A DNA stretch of 63,573 nt, the filler included, from Reclinomonas americana ATCC 50394 (taxonomy: Eukaryota), in the NCBI GenBank assembly GCA_048213135.1. It is 17 parts of 17 records of this genome, joined end to end, with 100 filler letters (N's around TTAATTAATTAA, not from the genome) between each part and the next. Parts side by side here need not be neighbours in the genome. Positions count along the whole stretch, not along the records: positions 15,425 to 18,428 come from AFZH01019849.1; positions 18,529 to 20,826 come from AFZH01019851.1; positions 20,927 to 25,047 come from AFZH01019852.1; positions 25,148 to 28,303 come from AFZH01019853.1; 13 more parts are not named here. One strand, 5' to 3'. The notes beneath the pieces were generated by a model. The model searched no databases, was not told the origin of the DNA, and saw only the letters and a program-made list of their open reading frames with translations. Position 1 is the stretch's first letter. Every line of letters starts with the position of its first letter. The position numbers and the translations under genes are program-made. Shown piece after piece: positions 15,791 to 26,852 of the stretch.

Positions 15791-17536
15791 ATGGCTAGCC
15801 GCAGGCTGCTCCCAAGCCTCATGATCGGCGCAGCATTCGCCCTGACCTCGGCCGTGGCATCGGCCCAGAACGTGCCGCGCAACCGCACGCTCATCGTCGC
15901 GGCGCAGGTGGAGGCGCCGGTCTTCCGCAATGTCGGGCTGGCCAACCCGTTCTCGATCAACAACGAGGACTATCGCGTCTCGATCATCAACATGTTCGAG
16001 CCGCTGTTCTACTACAATGTAACCGACAATTCGGTGATCCCCTGGCTGGCGACGGGGTACGCGTACAATGCCGATTTCACCTCGCTGACCGTGACGCTGC
16101 GCGACGGCGTGACCTGGAGCGACGGCAAGCCCTTCGGCGTCAACGACGTGCTGTTCACGCTCAACATGCTGATCGAGAACGGCCGCGGCAAGAAGGACCT
16201 GCTCAACGCCGCCGCGCTGGCCGCTTCCGTGAAGGCGGTGGCGAAAGTCGATGATCGCACTGTCCGCATCGACCTCAGCGAGCCCGATCCGCGCTTCGCC
16301 TTCAAATACCTGATCAATTATTTCGACATCGGCCTGCAATGGGTGCCCGAGCACATCTGGAAGGATGCCGGGGACCCGGCCGCCTTCCGCTTCTTCGACG
16401 TCGCCAAGGGCTGGCCGGTCACCACGAGCCCCTGGACCGTCTCCCGCTTCACGGATGCGCAGGTCTTCATCGACCGGCGCGACGACTGGTGGGCGGCCAA
16501 GGCCAAGCTCGCCCCGATGCCGGAGGTGCGGCGCATCATCACCGTTCCCGGCGGCACCCGCGACCGCATGGTGCAATTGATCTCGAGCAACCAGGCCGAC
16601 ATCGTCAACGACATCCAGGTCGCCGAGGTGGTGCGCCAGGTCGTGACGCAGAACCCGAAGATCACCACCTGGACCGGCAAGGACGCGCCCTATGGCGCCC
16701 GCGACTGGTGGCCGACCTCGCTCTACTTCAATCATAAATCCGGCAAATGGGCGGATATCCGCCTGCGCCGCGCGATCGGCCACTATATCGACCGCAAGCA
16801 GATCGTCGATGTCGCCTATTCCGGCGCGGCCGAGCCGAAGGTCGATCCCTTCCCCGGCTTCGGCGCGCTCAAGCCCTATATCGACGCCATCGCCCCGGTC
16901 GCGGCCAAGCACGGCGTCGGCGTCTACGACAAGGCGAAGGGCGACGCTTTGATGGGCGAGGCCGGCTACAAGAAGAACGCCTCCGGCATCTGGGAGAAGG
17001 ACGGCCAGCCATTGACGGTGGTGATCGAGGCGATCCCCGTGCTCAACGCGGTCGGCCCGATCGTCGCCCAGCAGCTCAAGAACGCCGGCGTCGACGCCTC
17101 CTTCCGCTCGACCCCGGAAAGCCGCGCGGTCCTGCGCGACGGCCGCTTCGACCTGACGCTGTTCGGCCATCGCGGCTCGATCGCCGACCCCTATGCGACG
17201 CTCGAGATGTACCATTCCAGGAACGCGTTCGAGGTCGGCCGGCCGACGCTGTTCCCCGCCCGCTGGTCGAATGCCGATTACGACAAGATCGTCGACGAGA
17301 TCGGCCGGCTCGCTCCCGATAATCCTGGGATCAAGGACCTCGTCGTCGCCGCCATGGATATCTGGATGCGCGAGGCCGTCGAGGTGCCGATCTCCGAATG
17401 GTACCATCGCGTGCCGATGAACCAGACGTACTGGACGGGCTGGCCGACCAAGGACAACCCCTATATGCAGCCGAGTTTCTGGTACACCTCCGGGAGCTTC
17501 GGCTATGTGCTGCCGCGCCTGAAGCCGGTGCAGTGA
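15791..17536 (+). CDS. ABC transporter substrate-binding protein, family 5 (peptide/oligosaccharide)
   Basis: Signal peptide; PWLATGY...TLRDGVTWSDGKPF...DVLFT. Confidence 0.93.
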   Translation: MASRRLLPSLMIGAAFALTSAVASAQNVPRNRTLIVAAQVEAPVFRNVGLANPFSINNEDYRVSIINMFEPLFYYNVTDNSVIPWLATGYAYNADFTSLTVTLRDGVTWSDGKPFGVNDVLFTLNMLIENGRGKKDLLNAAALAASVKAVAKVDDRTVRIDLSEPDPRFAFKYLINYFDIGLQWVPEHIWKDAGDPAAFRFFDVAKGWPVTTSPWTVSRFTDAQVFIDRRDDWWAAKAKLAPMPEVRRIITVPGGTRDRMVQLISSNQADIVNDIQVAEVVRQVVTQNPKITTWTGKDAPYGARDWWPTSLYFNHKSGKWADIRLRRAIGHYIDRKQIVDVAYSGAAEPKVDPFPGFGALKPYIDAIAPVAAKHGVGVYDKAKGDALMGEAGYKKNASGIWEKDGQPLTVVIEAIPVLNAVGPIVAQQLKNAGVDASFRSTPESRAVLRDGRFDLTLFGHRGSIADPYATLEMYHSRNAFEVGRPTLFPARWSNADYDKIVDEIGRLAPDNPGIKDLVVAAMDIWMREAVEVPISEWYHRVPMNQTYWTGWPTKDNPYMQPSFWYTSGSFGYVLPRLKPVQ

Positions 17537-17537
17537 C

Positions 17538-18428
17538 ATGCTCGTCCTGATCGGACGGCGGATCGTCATGGTGGTCGCCGTCGTCTGGGCGGCCGCCACG
17601 CTCAACTTCTTCATCCCGCGCATCGCCCCCAAGAACCCGATCGCGGAGAAGCTGACGCAACTGGCTGGCACGTCCGGCGTCGATCCGACCAAGATCCAGG
17701 AGATGTCGCAGGCCTTCGGCGCCCGGTTCGGGCTCGATCAGCCGCTGCTCACGCAGTACCTGCGCTATATCGGCGACATGGCCCGCTTCGACTTCGGCCA
17801 GTCGATCACCAAGTACCCGGCGCGCGTGTCCGACCTGATCGGCGAGGCCTTGCCATGGACGCTCGGCCTGATGATCACCACCACGCTGCTCGCCTTCCTG
17901 ATCGGCACGCTGCTGGGGGCCGCCGCCGGCTGGTACCGCAATTCGAAGCTGCTGAGCGTGGTCTCGCCGATCATCATGGTGTTCTCGGCGATCCCGTTCT
18001 ACCTGCTCGGGCTGGTGCTGATCTACATCTTCGCCTCGCGGCTGGGCTGGTTCCCGGTCTCGGGCGGGTACGGCCTGACATCCGTGCCCGAATGGTCCTG
18101 GGACTTCGCCGTCGAGGTCCTGCAACACGCGACGCTGCCGGCGCTGTCGATCCTGATCGCCTCGGTCGGAACCTGGGCGATCGGCATGCGCGGCATGATG
18201 GTGACCGTCCAGGGCGAGGACTACATGACCTTCGCCGAAGCGAAGGGGCTGAAGCCCTCGCGGCTGTTCTATCGCTACGGCATGCGCAACGCCCTGCTGC
18301 CGCAGGTCACCGCGCTCGCTCTCTATTTCGGCCAGATCGTCACCGGCGCCGTGCTGGTCGAGATCGTCTTCGCCTATCCGGGGCTCGGCTCGCTGCTGCT
18401 CGATTCGATCAAGCTCTTCGACTTCCCG
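17538..18428 (+). CDS. ABC transporter permease (DppB/OppB-like), 3'-truncated
   Basis: FGLDQPLLTQYLRY, EDYMTFAEAKGL, RNALLPQVT. Confidence 0.93.
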
Positions 18429-18745
18429 NNNNNNNNNNNNNNNNNNNNNNNNNNNNNNNNNNNNNNNNNNNNTTAATTAATTAANNNNNNNNNNNNNNNN
18501 NNNNNNNNNNNNNNNNNNNNNNNNNNNNGGCCGATCGGGAATTGCCGAGACAAGCGCGTTGCCGGTGAATTGCTTCGGCAGACAACGCATGTCGGATCTA
18601 AGCCGAGCCTTCGACGCAAAGAGTCGTCGCCTCCGGTCGCACCGGCGGCACTTCCGCCGGCACGGCTTCCGCCCGCCAATCACCTTGCAGGTCATGCAGC
18701 CGTCATCCGCGGCCGATAGCTGGGCGCCACTCCGAGAGGCCAAGC

Positions 18746-20350
18746 ATGACTCGCAAGAACGTCCTTCTGATCGTCGTCGACCAATGGCGCGCCGATTTCG
18801 TCCCGCATCTGCTGCGCGCGCGCGGCCAGGAGCCCTTCCTCAAGACGCCGAATCTCGACCGGCTGTGCGCCGAGGGGGTGACCTTCGCCAACCACGTCAC
18901 GGCCTGCGTGCCGTGCGGCCCGGCTCGCGCCAGCCTGCTGACCGGCCTCTACCTGATGAACCATCGCGCGGTCCAGAACACGGTCCCGCTCGACCAACGC
19001 CATTTCAACCTCGGCAAGGCGCTGCGCGCCATCGGCTACGACCCGGCGCTGATCGGCTACACCACGACGACGCCCGATCCGCGCTCGACCGCGAAACAGG
19101 ACCCGCGCTTCCTCGTGCTCGGCGACCTGATGGACGGCTTCCGTTCGGTCGGCGCCTTCGAGCCGAACATGGACGGCTATTTCGGCTGGGTCGCCCAGAA
19201 CGGCTTCGCGCTGCCGTCCAATCGCGAGGACATCTGGCTGCCCGAGGGCGAGGATGCCGTGCCTGGAGCGACCGAGCGCCCGGCCCGCATCCCCAAGGAA
19301 CTCTCCGACTCCTCCTTCTTCACCGAGCGCGCGCTGACCTATCTCAAGGGCCGCGCCGGCAGGCCCTTCTTCCTGCATCTCGGCTACTACCGGCCGCACC
19401 CTCCCTTCGTCGCGCCGGCGCCCTATCACGCGATGTATCGGCCGCAGGACATGCCGGCGCCGATCCGGGCTGACTCGCCCGAAGCCGAAGGCGCCCAGCA
19501 CCCGCTGATCAAATATTATGTCGACGCGATCTCGCGCGGCTCGTTCTTCCACGGGGCCGAAGGTTCGGGCGCGACGCTGGACGAAGCCGAGATCCGCCAG
19601 ATGCGCGCGACCTATTGCGGGCTGATCAGCGAGATCGACGACTGCCTCGGCCAGGTCTTCGCCTATCTCGACGAGACCGGGCAGTGGGACGACACGCTGG
19701 TCGTCTTCACCAGCGACCATGGCGAGCAGCTCGGCGACCATCACCTGCTCGGCAAGATCGGCTTCCACGACGAGAGCTTCCGCATTCCGCTCGTCATCAA
19801 GGATCCGCAGGGCGCCGCCGGCCGCCGCGGCGCGATCGAGGAAGCCTTCACCGAAAGCGTCGACGTGATGCCGACGATCCTCGACTGGCTCGGCGGCGAG
19901 GCGCCGCGCGCCTGCGACGGGCACTCGGTGATGCCGTTCACGCAAGGCATCCGCCCGACGGATTGGCGGACCGAGCTGCACTACGAATACGATTTCCGCG
20001 ACGTGCACTATTCCGAGCCGGAAAAGGTGCTCGGGCTCGGCATGGATGAATCCAGCCTCTGCGTCGTGCAGGACGAGAACTACAAATACGTCCATTTCGC
20101 CGCCTTGCCGCCGCTGTTCTTCGACCTGCGCAGCGACCCCAACCAGTTCGTCAACCTGGCGGAAGACGAAAGCTATGCGGCGCTGGTGCGCGACTACGCC
20201 CAGAAGGCGCTGTCCTGGCGGCTGACCCATGCCGACCGGACGCTGACCCATTTCCGCTCCAGCCCGCGCGGGCTGGAGGAGCGCAATCCCAACGCAACCG
20301 AAACAGGAGACCAGTCATGGTCGGCTCCTTCACGCGTCGCAGCGCAATAG
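18746..20350 (+). CDS. pehA: Phosphonate monoester hydrolase/phosphodiesterase (sulfatase superfamily)
   Basis: MTRKNVLLIVVDQWRADF, formylglycine motif CGPARASLLTG, YYRPHPPF, TSDHGEQLGDH; closely follows the characterised PehA/PMH sequences as I recall them. Confidence 0.92.
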   Translation: MTRKNVLLIVVDQWRADFVPHLLRARGQEPFLKTPNLDRLCAEGVTFANHVTACVPCGPARASLLTGLYLMNHRAVQNTVPLDQRHFNLGKALRAIGYDPALIGYTTTTPDPRSTAKQDPRFLVLGDLMDGFRSVGAFEPNMDGYFGWVAQNGFALPSNREDIWLPEGEDAVPGATERPARIPKELSDSSFFTERALTYLKGRAGRPFFLHLGYYRPHPPFVAPAPYHAMYRPQDMPAPIRADSPEAEGAQHPLIKYYVDAISRGSFFHGAEGSGATLDEAEIRQMRATYCGLISEIDDCLGQVFAYLDETGQWDDTLVVFTSDHGEQLGDHHLLGKIGFHDESFRIPLVIKDPQGAAGRRGAIEEAFTESVDVMPTILDWLGGEAPRACDGHSVMPFTQGIRPTDWRTELHYEYDFRDVHYSEPEKVLGLGMDESSLCVVQDENYKYVHFAALPPLFFDLRSDPNQFVNLAEDESYAALVRDYAQKALSWRLTHADRTLTHFRSSPRGLEERNPNATETGDQSWSAPSRVAAQ

Positions 20351-20826
20351 CGCTCGGCGGCTCCGCGCTCATCCTGCCCTCGCGCTTCGCGATCGCGCAG
20401 GCCGACAACCGCCCCTCGATCACCATCGCGGTGCAGAAGATCGCCAATTCGAACCTGCTCGACGTGCTGCGGGAGCAGTCCAATGTCGGCGAGCGCGTCT
20501 TCTTCTCCTCGCTGTGGGAAGGGCTGATCGGACGCAACTGGACCGGCAATCTGGAAAGCGTGCCGGGCCTCGCGACCGAGTGGAAGCGCATCGACGACAA
20601 GACGGTCGAGCTCAAGCTGCGCCAGGGCGTGAAGTTCCACAATGGCGACGAGCTGACCGCCGACGACGTCGCCTTCACCTTCGGCAAGGAGCGGATGTTC
20701 GGCGACACGCAGCCCGCCGCCGGCAAGACCATCTCCGTCGACTTCGTCGTCGGCGGCGGCCGCGCCAGCAAGGAGCTGCCGGCCGAGGTCCCGGCTGTCG
20801 CACGCCGCTCCTGGCCGGCCCTGCTC
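20317..20826 (+). CDS. ABC substrate-binding protein family 5, N-terminal part
   Basis: Tat-like TRRS signal; PGLATEW...LRQGVKFHNGDELTADDVAFT. Confidence 0.9.
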
Positions 20827-20926
20827 NNNNNNNNNNNNNNNNNNNNNNNNNNNNNNNNNNNNNNNNNNNNTTAATTAATTAANNNNNNNNNNNNNNNNNN
20901 NNNNNNNNNNNNNNNNNNNNNNNNNN

Positions 20927-21587
20927 GAAGATGTCGGCGCATCGCGTCGGCCGCCCCCGCGGGTTCCCGGTGGGCGATGGCGTCGACCATCCTGTCATGA
21001 TCTTCGAAACTATGGTGGTCGCTCGGTGGGCTGCCATGGCTCGGCCGCGGTCGCCCCCAGGTGACGGCCCGGCGCACGGCGTTCAGCGTGTCGAACAGCG
21101 CGAGCAGGATCGGGTTGTGCGCAGCCTCTGCGATCTGGTGGTGAAAGCGCGCGTCGTAAGCCTCGTACTCGCGCCAGGTCGTCGAGCTGCGGCAAGCCTC
21201 GTTCAACTCGGCGAGCGTCGCGATTTCTGCCGCCGTGGCATTGATCGTCGCGAGGCGGGCGAGTTCCGGCTCGAGCGCTATGCGCGCCTTCATCACCTGG
21301 ATCGGGTTGCTGCGTTGCGCCAGATCCGAGATGTCCACCAATTGCGGCGGCCGGGCTCCGACGAAGGTACCCTTGCCGACATGGCGCCAGAGCTGCCCCT
21401 CGCGCTCGAGTACGGCCAGGCCCCTGCGCAATTCGGCACGCTTGACGCCGAGCATCTCGGCAAGTTCCCGCTCGGGCGGCAGCCGCCCGTCATCCGGGAG
21501 CCGCGCGGAGGCGAGGAAACCGTAAAGCTGCGTCAGCACCCCCGAATGGGCGGTATCGGCCGGAGGGGTGACTTTCTGATCCATCAT
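20927..21587 (-). CDS. FadR/GntR-family regulator (3'-truncated)
   Basis: RLPPERELAEMLGV.R..LR...GKGTFV; FCD domain DARFH..IAEAAHNPIL. Confidence 0.92.
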
Positions 21588-21814
21588 GACGTGACCGGCG
21601 ACAGGTATGTCCTCTTGATTCCACGGATCACCAGTGATTGCAACCATTATGAGATTGGTTGGAGCAATGGCGCCCAGAGGACCGCTGTTGCCGAATTATT
21701 TCGAATGATTACGGCCTTGACACGATCAATTCGTCACATGACACTGCCCAAATAAAAATTGGTTGCGACCACATCGCGCAAAAGGCCAATGAAAATCATG
21801 GGAGGAGGCAGGTC

Positions 21815-22828
21815 ATGAAGCCCTTGGGAGGAAGACTGTCGGCCATGTTCGGTGCCGTTGCCGTTGCCGTTGCCGTTGCCGTCGCGGCCGGCCTGATATT
21901 CGGGAGCATCGAGGCGCAGGCGCAGAGCAAGGTCCGCATCGCACTGGGAGACGTGCTGTCGACCGAGACACTCGCCATGGTGATCGCGCTCGATCGCGCC
22001 AAGGAGAAGGGTGTCGACTACCAGGTGACGCATTTCTCGAAGGAGGATCTCGCCATCCAGGCCGTGATCAATGGACAGGCGGATCTGGGCATCGGCACGC
22101 CCTATGCCGTCGTCCAGAAGAGCAAGGCGCCGTTGCGCGTGCTCTTCCAGGGCACGCGGCTCGTCTTCTTTCCGGTCGCCGACAAGGCCTACAAGTCGTG
22201 GAAGGACATGAACGGCCAGCCGATCACCTTCCACGCCCGCGCGACGGGGACCGAGGCCATCGGCAACATCATCGCCAAGCGCGAAGGCATCCAGTTCGGC
22301 GAGCGCAGCTATGTGCCCGGATCCGAGAACCGGATCATCGGCATGATGAAGGGCCAGATCAAGGCCACCGTCGTCGACTTCGCCAACAAGAACCTGCTGC
22401 TGGAGAAGGCGGGCGACCGCTTCCACGTCCTTCCCGGCGTCAGCGAGCCCGCCTCCGACGAGACCCTGTTCGGGCAGATCGAGTGGATCAAGAAGAACGA
22501 GAAGCAGGTGGACATCATCGTCACCGAATTCCTGCGGCTCTGGCAGGAAATGGCGGCCAATCCGGGAATAGTCGAGCAGGAGCGCAGCAAGCGCAAGCTG
22601 ATGGCCGACCAGCCGAAGGAGGTGCTGGAGGGCATCACCAAGTTCTACACGATGGCGACCAAGGAGGGCGTCTATGCGCCGACCGGCGGCAGCGCCGAAA
22701 TCGCGAAGGCCGATTTCGAGTTCTACACCGAGGCCGGACAGATGCAGGGGCCGGCGGGCGAGCTGAAGGTCGACGACTTCTGGTATCTCGCGCCGCTCGA
22801 ACGGGCACGCAAGGCGCTGGGCAGCTAG
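21815..22828 (+). CDS. NitT/TauT-type ABC substrate-binding protein
   Basis: Signal peptide; first gene of an SBP-permease-ATPase-permease operon. Confidence 0.85.
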   Translation: MKPLGGRLSAMFGAVAVAVAVAVAAGLIFGSIEAQAQSKVRIALGDVLSTETLAMVIALDRAKEKGVDYQVTHFSKEDLAIQAVINGQADLGIGTPYAVVQKSKAPLRVLFQGTRLVFFPVADKAYKSWKDMNGQPITFHARATGTEAIGNIIAKREGIQFGERSYVPGSENRIIGMMKGQIKATVVDFANKNLLLEKAGDRFHVLPGVSEPASDETLFGQIEWIKKNEKQVDIIVTEFLRLWQEMAANPGIVEQERSKRKLMADQPKEVLEGITKFYTMATKEGVYAPTGGSAEIAKADFEFYTEAGQMQGPAGELKVDDFWYLAPLERARKALGS

Positions 22829-22920
22829 GCCGAGCTCGCGCCCTGTCCAGCCAACCGGCATGCCGGGCGCTGACGGTCCGGCCTGCCCCTTGCTGTGCCT
22901 CCCGAGTGGAGTGACCTCCC

Positions 22921-23739
22921 TTGCAGATATCCAACCTTTCGACCGCTCTCCCGACCCGCCCTGCGCCTGCGACCAGCGACTGGCGCGATGTGCTTATCCA
23001 CCCGCTCGTGCTGCGTCTTCTTTCCTTCGCGGCCGTGCTTGCGCTCTGGGAATATGCCGGGCGCATTCCGTTGAGCCCGGCCTTCCCGACCTTCCTCGAA
23101 ACCATGGGCGGGCTCGGCGCGATCATCGCCGATGGAACGCTCTCCAAGGCCTTCCTGATCACGCTCTACCCGCTCGTGATCGGCCTTGCCGTGTCCGTCC
23201 TGCTCGGTGTCGGGCTCGGCGTGCTGATGGGCCTGCACGAGCCATCGGAATGGCTGATCGCGCCACTCTTCATCATCGCGCAGGCCGCGCCGCTGGCGGC
23301 GCTCATCCCGATCCTGACCTTCGCCTATGGCATCGGCCTCACCGCCAAGATCATGACGGTCTGCATCATGGCGATGCCGGTCATCGTGCTGAACACGCTG
23401 GGCGCAGTGCGCAACACGCCAAAATCGCTTCTGGAAATGAGCCGGTCCTTCCTTGCCAGCCGCAGCCAGGGCATCCGCCTCGTCATCCTGCCCGCGGCGA
23501 GCCCGATGATCTTCGCGGGTCTCCGGCTCGGCTGCGCGGCTGCCTTCATCGGCGTGATCCTCGCCGAGCTGCTGATCACGCCGACCGGGATCGGCGACGT
23601 AATCTCCTACAACCAGTCGGTCGCCGACTATCCCAAGATGTACGCCGCCATTCTCGCCATCATCGTGTTCGCGGTCCTGTTCATCGAGCTGCTCGAACGG
23701 ATCGAGGTCACTCTGTTCCGACCGGAGAGCCGCGCATGA
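22921..23739 (+). CDS. NitT/TauT-type ABC permease
   Basis: Multiple TM segments; LLEMSRSF.AS...ILPAASPMIFAGLRLG. Confidence 0.9.
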   Translation: MQISNLSTALPTRPAPATSDWRDVLIHPLVLRLLSFAAVLALWEYAGRIPLSPAFPTFLETMGGLGAIIADGTLSKAFLITLYPLVIGLAVSVLLGVGLGVLMGLHEPSEWLIAPLFIIAQAAPLAALIPILTFAYGIGLTAKIMTVCIMAMPVIVLNTLGAVRNTPKSLLEMSRSFLASRSQGIRLVILPAASPMIFAGLRLGCAAAFIGVILAELLITPTGIGDVISYNQSVADYPKMYAAILAIIVFAVLFIELLERIEVTLFRPESRA

Positions 23740-24563
23740 CCCTCGATATGGAAGCTCTGACGCCGCGGGCGATGACCGATCCGGCAGCGATCCCGGCGCT
23801 CGCCACCCGGCCGATCGTCGAGGTCAAGAGCGTCTCGAAGACTTATGCGGGCGGCATCGAGGCGCTCAGCGGCATATCGCTGGACTTTCCGGAGGGGCGG
23901 CTGACGACCCTGCTGGGCCCGTCCGGCTGCGGCAAGACCACGCTCCTCAAGATCATCGCGGGCCTGATCCCGGCCAGCGGCGGCCAGGTCTTCGTCGATG
24001 GCCGCGAGGTGAAGGGGCCGGGCCCCGAGCGCGCCTTCGTCTTCCAGGATTTCGCGCTGATGCCCTGGGCGAGCGTCATCCGCAATGTCGCCTTCGGGCT
24101 CGAACTGCGCGGGGTCGCTCATGGCGAGCGCGAGGCGATCGCCGAACGCCAGATCGCGCGTGTCGGCCTCAAAGGCTTCGAGCGCAAATATCCGCACGAG
24201 CTCTCGGGCGGCATGCGCCAGCGCGTCGGCCTTGCCCGCGCGCTCGCGGTCGACGCGAAGGTCGTGCTGATGGACGAGCCGTTCTCGGCCGTCGACGAGC
24301 AGACGCGCCGCAAATTCCAGGAGGAGTTGCTCGAGCTCGTCGCCAACGAAGGCAAGTCCTTCATCTTCGTGACGCACAGCATCGAGGAGGCGGTCTACGT
24401 CTCCGACCGGATCGCGCTGCTCTCGCGCCGACCGAGCCGCGTCTCGGCGATCATCGAGCCGAAAATCGTGCGCGGCGGCGACCCGGAGAAGATCAGGCGC
24501 AACAGCGCCTATCTCGATGTCGTCGAGGACATCTGGCAGCAGCTCAAGCATTATCTGGATTAG
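23736..24563 (+). CDS. ABC ATP-binding protein
   Basis: [27 protein letters not shown]; true start at ATG 23736 (ATGA overlap). Confidence 0.95.
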   Translation: MTLDMEALTPRAMTDPAAIPALATRPIVEVKSVSKTYAGGIEALSGISLDFPEGRLTTLLGPSGCGKTTLLKIIAGLIPASGGQVFVDGREVKGPGPERAFVFQDFALMPWASVIRNVAFGLELRGVAHGEREAIAERQIARVGLKGFERKYPHELSGGMRQRVGLARALAVDAKVVLMDEPFSAVDEQTRRKFQEELLELVANEGKSFIFVTHSIEEAVYVSDRIALLSRRPSRVSAIIEPKIVRGGDPEKIRRNSAYLDVVEDIWQQLKHYLD

Positions 24564-24572
24564 GAGGCGGCC

Positions 24573-25502
24573 ATGGTCATTTCCGGCGTCCGCCTTCCCA
24601 TGATGACGTCACTCATCGTCTGGGCCGTGATCTGGGAGATCGCCGGCCATACCGAGGCCGGGTTCATCTTGCCGCCGCTGTCGCGCATCATCTGGCGCGT
24701 CTTCGAGATCGTCCCGACCGCTTCGTTCCTCGACGCGCTACTGATCACCGGCCGTGCCTTCCTCTTCGGCAACGCCATCGCGATCGGCATCGGCGTCCCG
24801 CTCGGGATCCTGATGGGCCGCTCGGTCATCGCCGACCGGCTTCTCCTGCCCTGGGTGAACCTCTTCCTCTCGGCGCCGCTCAGCGCTCTGGTCCCGGTGA
24901 TCATGGTGCTGTTCGGCCTCGGCGAGACGACGATTATCCTCACCGTCGTGCTGTTCTCGATGTGGATCATCGTGCTCAACACGCGCGCTGGCATCCGTGC
25001 CATCTCGCCCTCGCTGGTCGAGATGGCCCGCAGCTTCGGCGCCAATGNNNNNNNNNNNNNNNNNNNNNNNNNNNNNNNNNNNNNNNNNNNNTTAATTAAT
25101 TAANNNNNNNNNNNNNNNNNNNNNNNNNNNNNNNNNNNNNNNNNNNNCAACACGCGCGCTGGCATCCCGTGCCCATCCTCGCCCTCGCCTGGTCCGAGAT
25201 GGCCCGCAGCTTCGGCGCCAATGCCTGGCCAGGCCTTCAGCCGGATCTATCTCTGGGCGGCGCTGCCCGAGATCCTCGCCGGGATCCGGCTCGGCATGAT
25301 CCGCGCGGTGAAGGGCGTGATCATCGGACAACTGCTCGTCTCCGTCGTCGGCTTCGGCACGCTGTTCGAGATCTATCAGTCGCACTTCCTGATGGAGCAC
25401 TTCTGGGCGCTGCTGCTGGTGCTTTTCAGCTTCGCCTTCACCCTCAACGAGTTGCTGGCCGGGCTCGAACGTCGGTTCGCCTATTACGCCGCCTCGCGCT
25501 GA
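24573..25502 (+). CDS. Second NitT/TauT ABC permease, split by a spacer across overlapping contig ends
   Basis: N-part 24573-25047, C-part 25148-25502 ([13 protein letters not shown]); ~70 nt present on both sides of the spacer. Confidence 0.85.
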
Positions 25503-25534
25503 CCCATCCTCTTGCCAACGAAGGACCCAGCAAG

Positions 25535-26240
25535 ATGAATATCGCCACGCCTCAGAACCACGTCGTCCAGGCCCCGGCGCCGGTTTCGCTCCCGGTGCGC
25601 GGGACGCAGAGCCGCTTCCCGGTCCACCGCATCTATTGCGTCGGCCGCAACTACGCCGCCCACACGATCGAGATGGGCGGAGACCCGAACCGCGAGGCGC
25701 CCCTTCTTCTTCCAGAAGAACCCCGACAACATCGTCCTCGATGGCGCCGATTTTCCCTATCCGCCGCGCAGCAGCAATGTTCACCACGAGATCGAGATGA
25801 TCGTCGCGCTCGCCAAGGGCGGCAAGGACATTCCCCTCGAAAGCGCGCTCGACCACGTCTACGGCTATGCAGTCGGCCTCGACATGACCCGGCGCGACCT
25901 GCAGGACGAGTGCAAGAAGGCGGCAAGGCCCTGGGAGATCGGCAAGGCCTTCGAGCATTCGGCGCCGATGGGCGAGATCGTTCCGGCGAGCGCGATCGGG
26001 CACCCTGAGAACGGGGCGATCTGGCTCAAGGTCAACGGCGAGATCCGCCAGCAGGGCGACCTCAACCACATGATCTGGAAGGTGCCGGAGATGATCTCCT
26101 ACCTTTCCGGCCTGTTCGAGCTGCAGCCGGGCGACCTGATCATGTCGGGCACCCCTTCCGGCGTCGGTGCGATCGTGCGCGGCGACGTGATGGAAGGTCA
26201 TATCGAGGGCATCGGCACCCTGCACACCAAGGTGGTCTGA
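25535..26240 (+). CDS. Fumarylacetoacetate-hydrolase family (fumarylpyruvate hydrolase-like), apparent +1 frameshift at ~25700
   Basis: [12 protein letters not shown] then FFFQK...HHEIE...[10 protein letters not shown]...[16 protein letters not shown]; removing one C from CCCC at 25700-25703 restores the frame. Confidence 0.9.
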
Positions 26241-26852
26241 CCGGCAGCGACTGCGGCCCGTGGAAGGCGGGCCGCAGTCGCTGATATTGCCGCGGAAGGG
26301 GAGGCTCGGACCAAGTCGTCGGCGGATGGCTTGCCGCGACAGCTCCGCCGGCGCCGTCCTCGAGGGCGGGGCCGGAGATAGGCGAGGGCACTGCGTATCG
26401 GCCATTCGAGCAACTTCAAGAAGGCCCGGAGGTTCGATCACCTGGCGCAATGTCCGTCATCAGTTTGGGGGGCGCGAGGCGAAACCTTGAGGCCTGATCG
26501 CTCCGCCGGGTCCAGGGGCCGTGGCCGCGAATGCCGCTTCGCCACCGCCATCTCCAGAGGAGATTGGGTGGCATATCAAGCTCATGACGTCACCGACCAG
26601 CAGAAAGATCGCGAAGCCGAAATCGTGGCTGCTCGCGCAGGACATCGTGCGAGCGGCCTTGGCAGCGTGATCCCTTGGCCGGCATTGGGGTCGCTTGCAG
26701 TCGCCCTCCGCATCAGGGATGCGCTCGCGCGCCACGGTGAACGCGCCCGCCGCGTGGCGCTGCCGCAGCGCGACCGCCCGTGTCCTGTCAGATAGGAGTA
26801 GCCAAGCCGCCGCGCTTCAGCAGGTATCCCCGTTTGACCTTGGGCCGAGCCT

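Noticed and set aside
15467..20251. Long antisense ORFs (741 aa, 519 aa; also 28522-30093, 21734-22861)
   Set aside because: Shadow frames of high-GC genes with clear family motifs on the other strand
21854..21883. (GCCGTT)n repeat as a phase-variation tract
   Set aside because: Hexamer unit keeps the frame and encodes the Ala-Val core of a signal peptide
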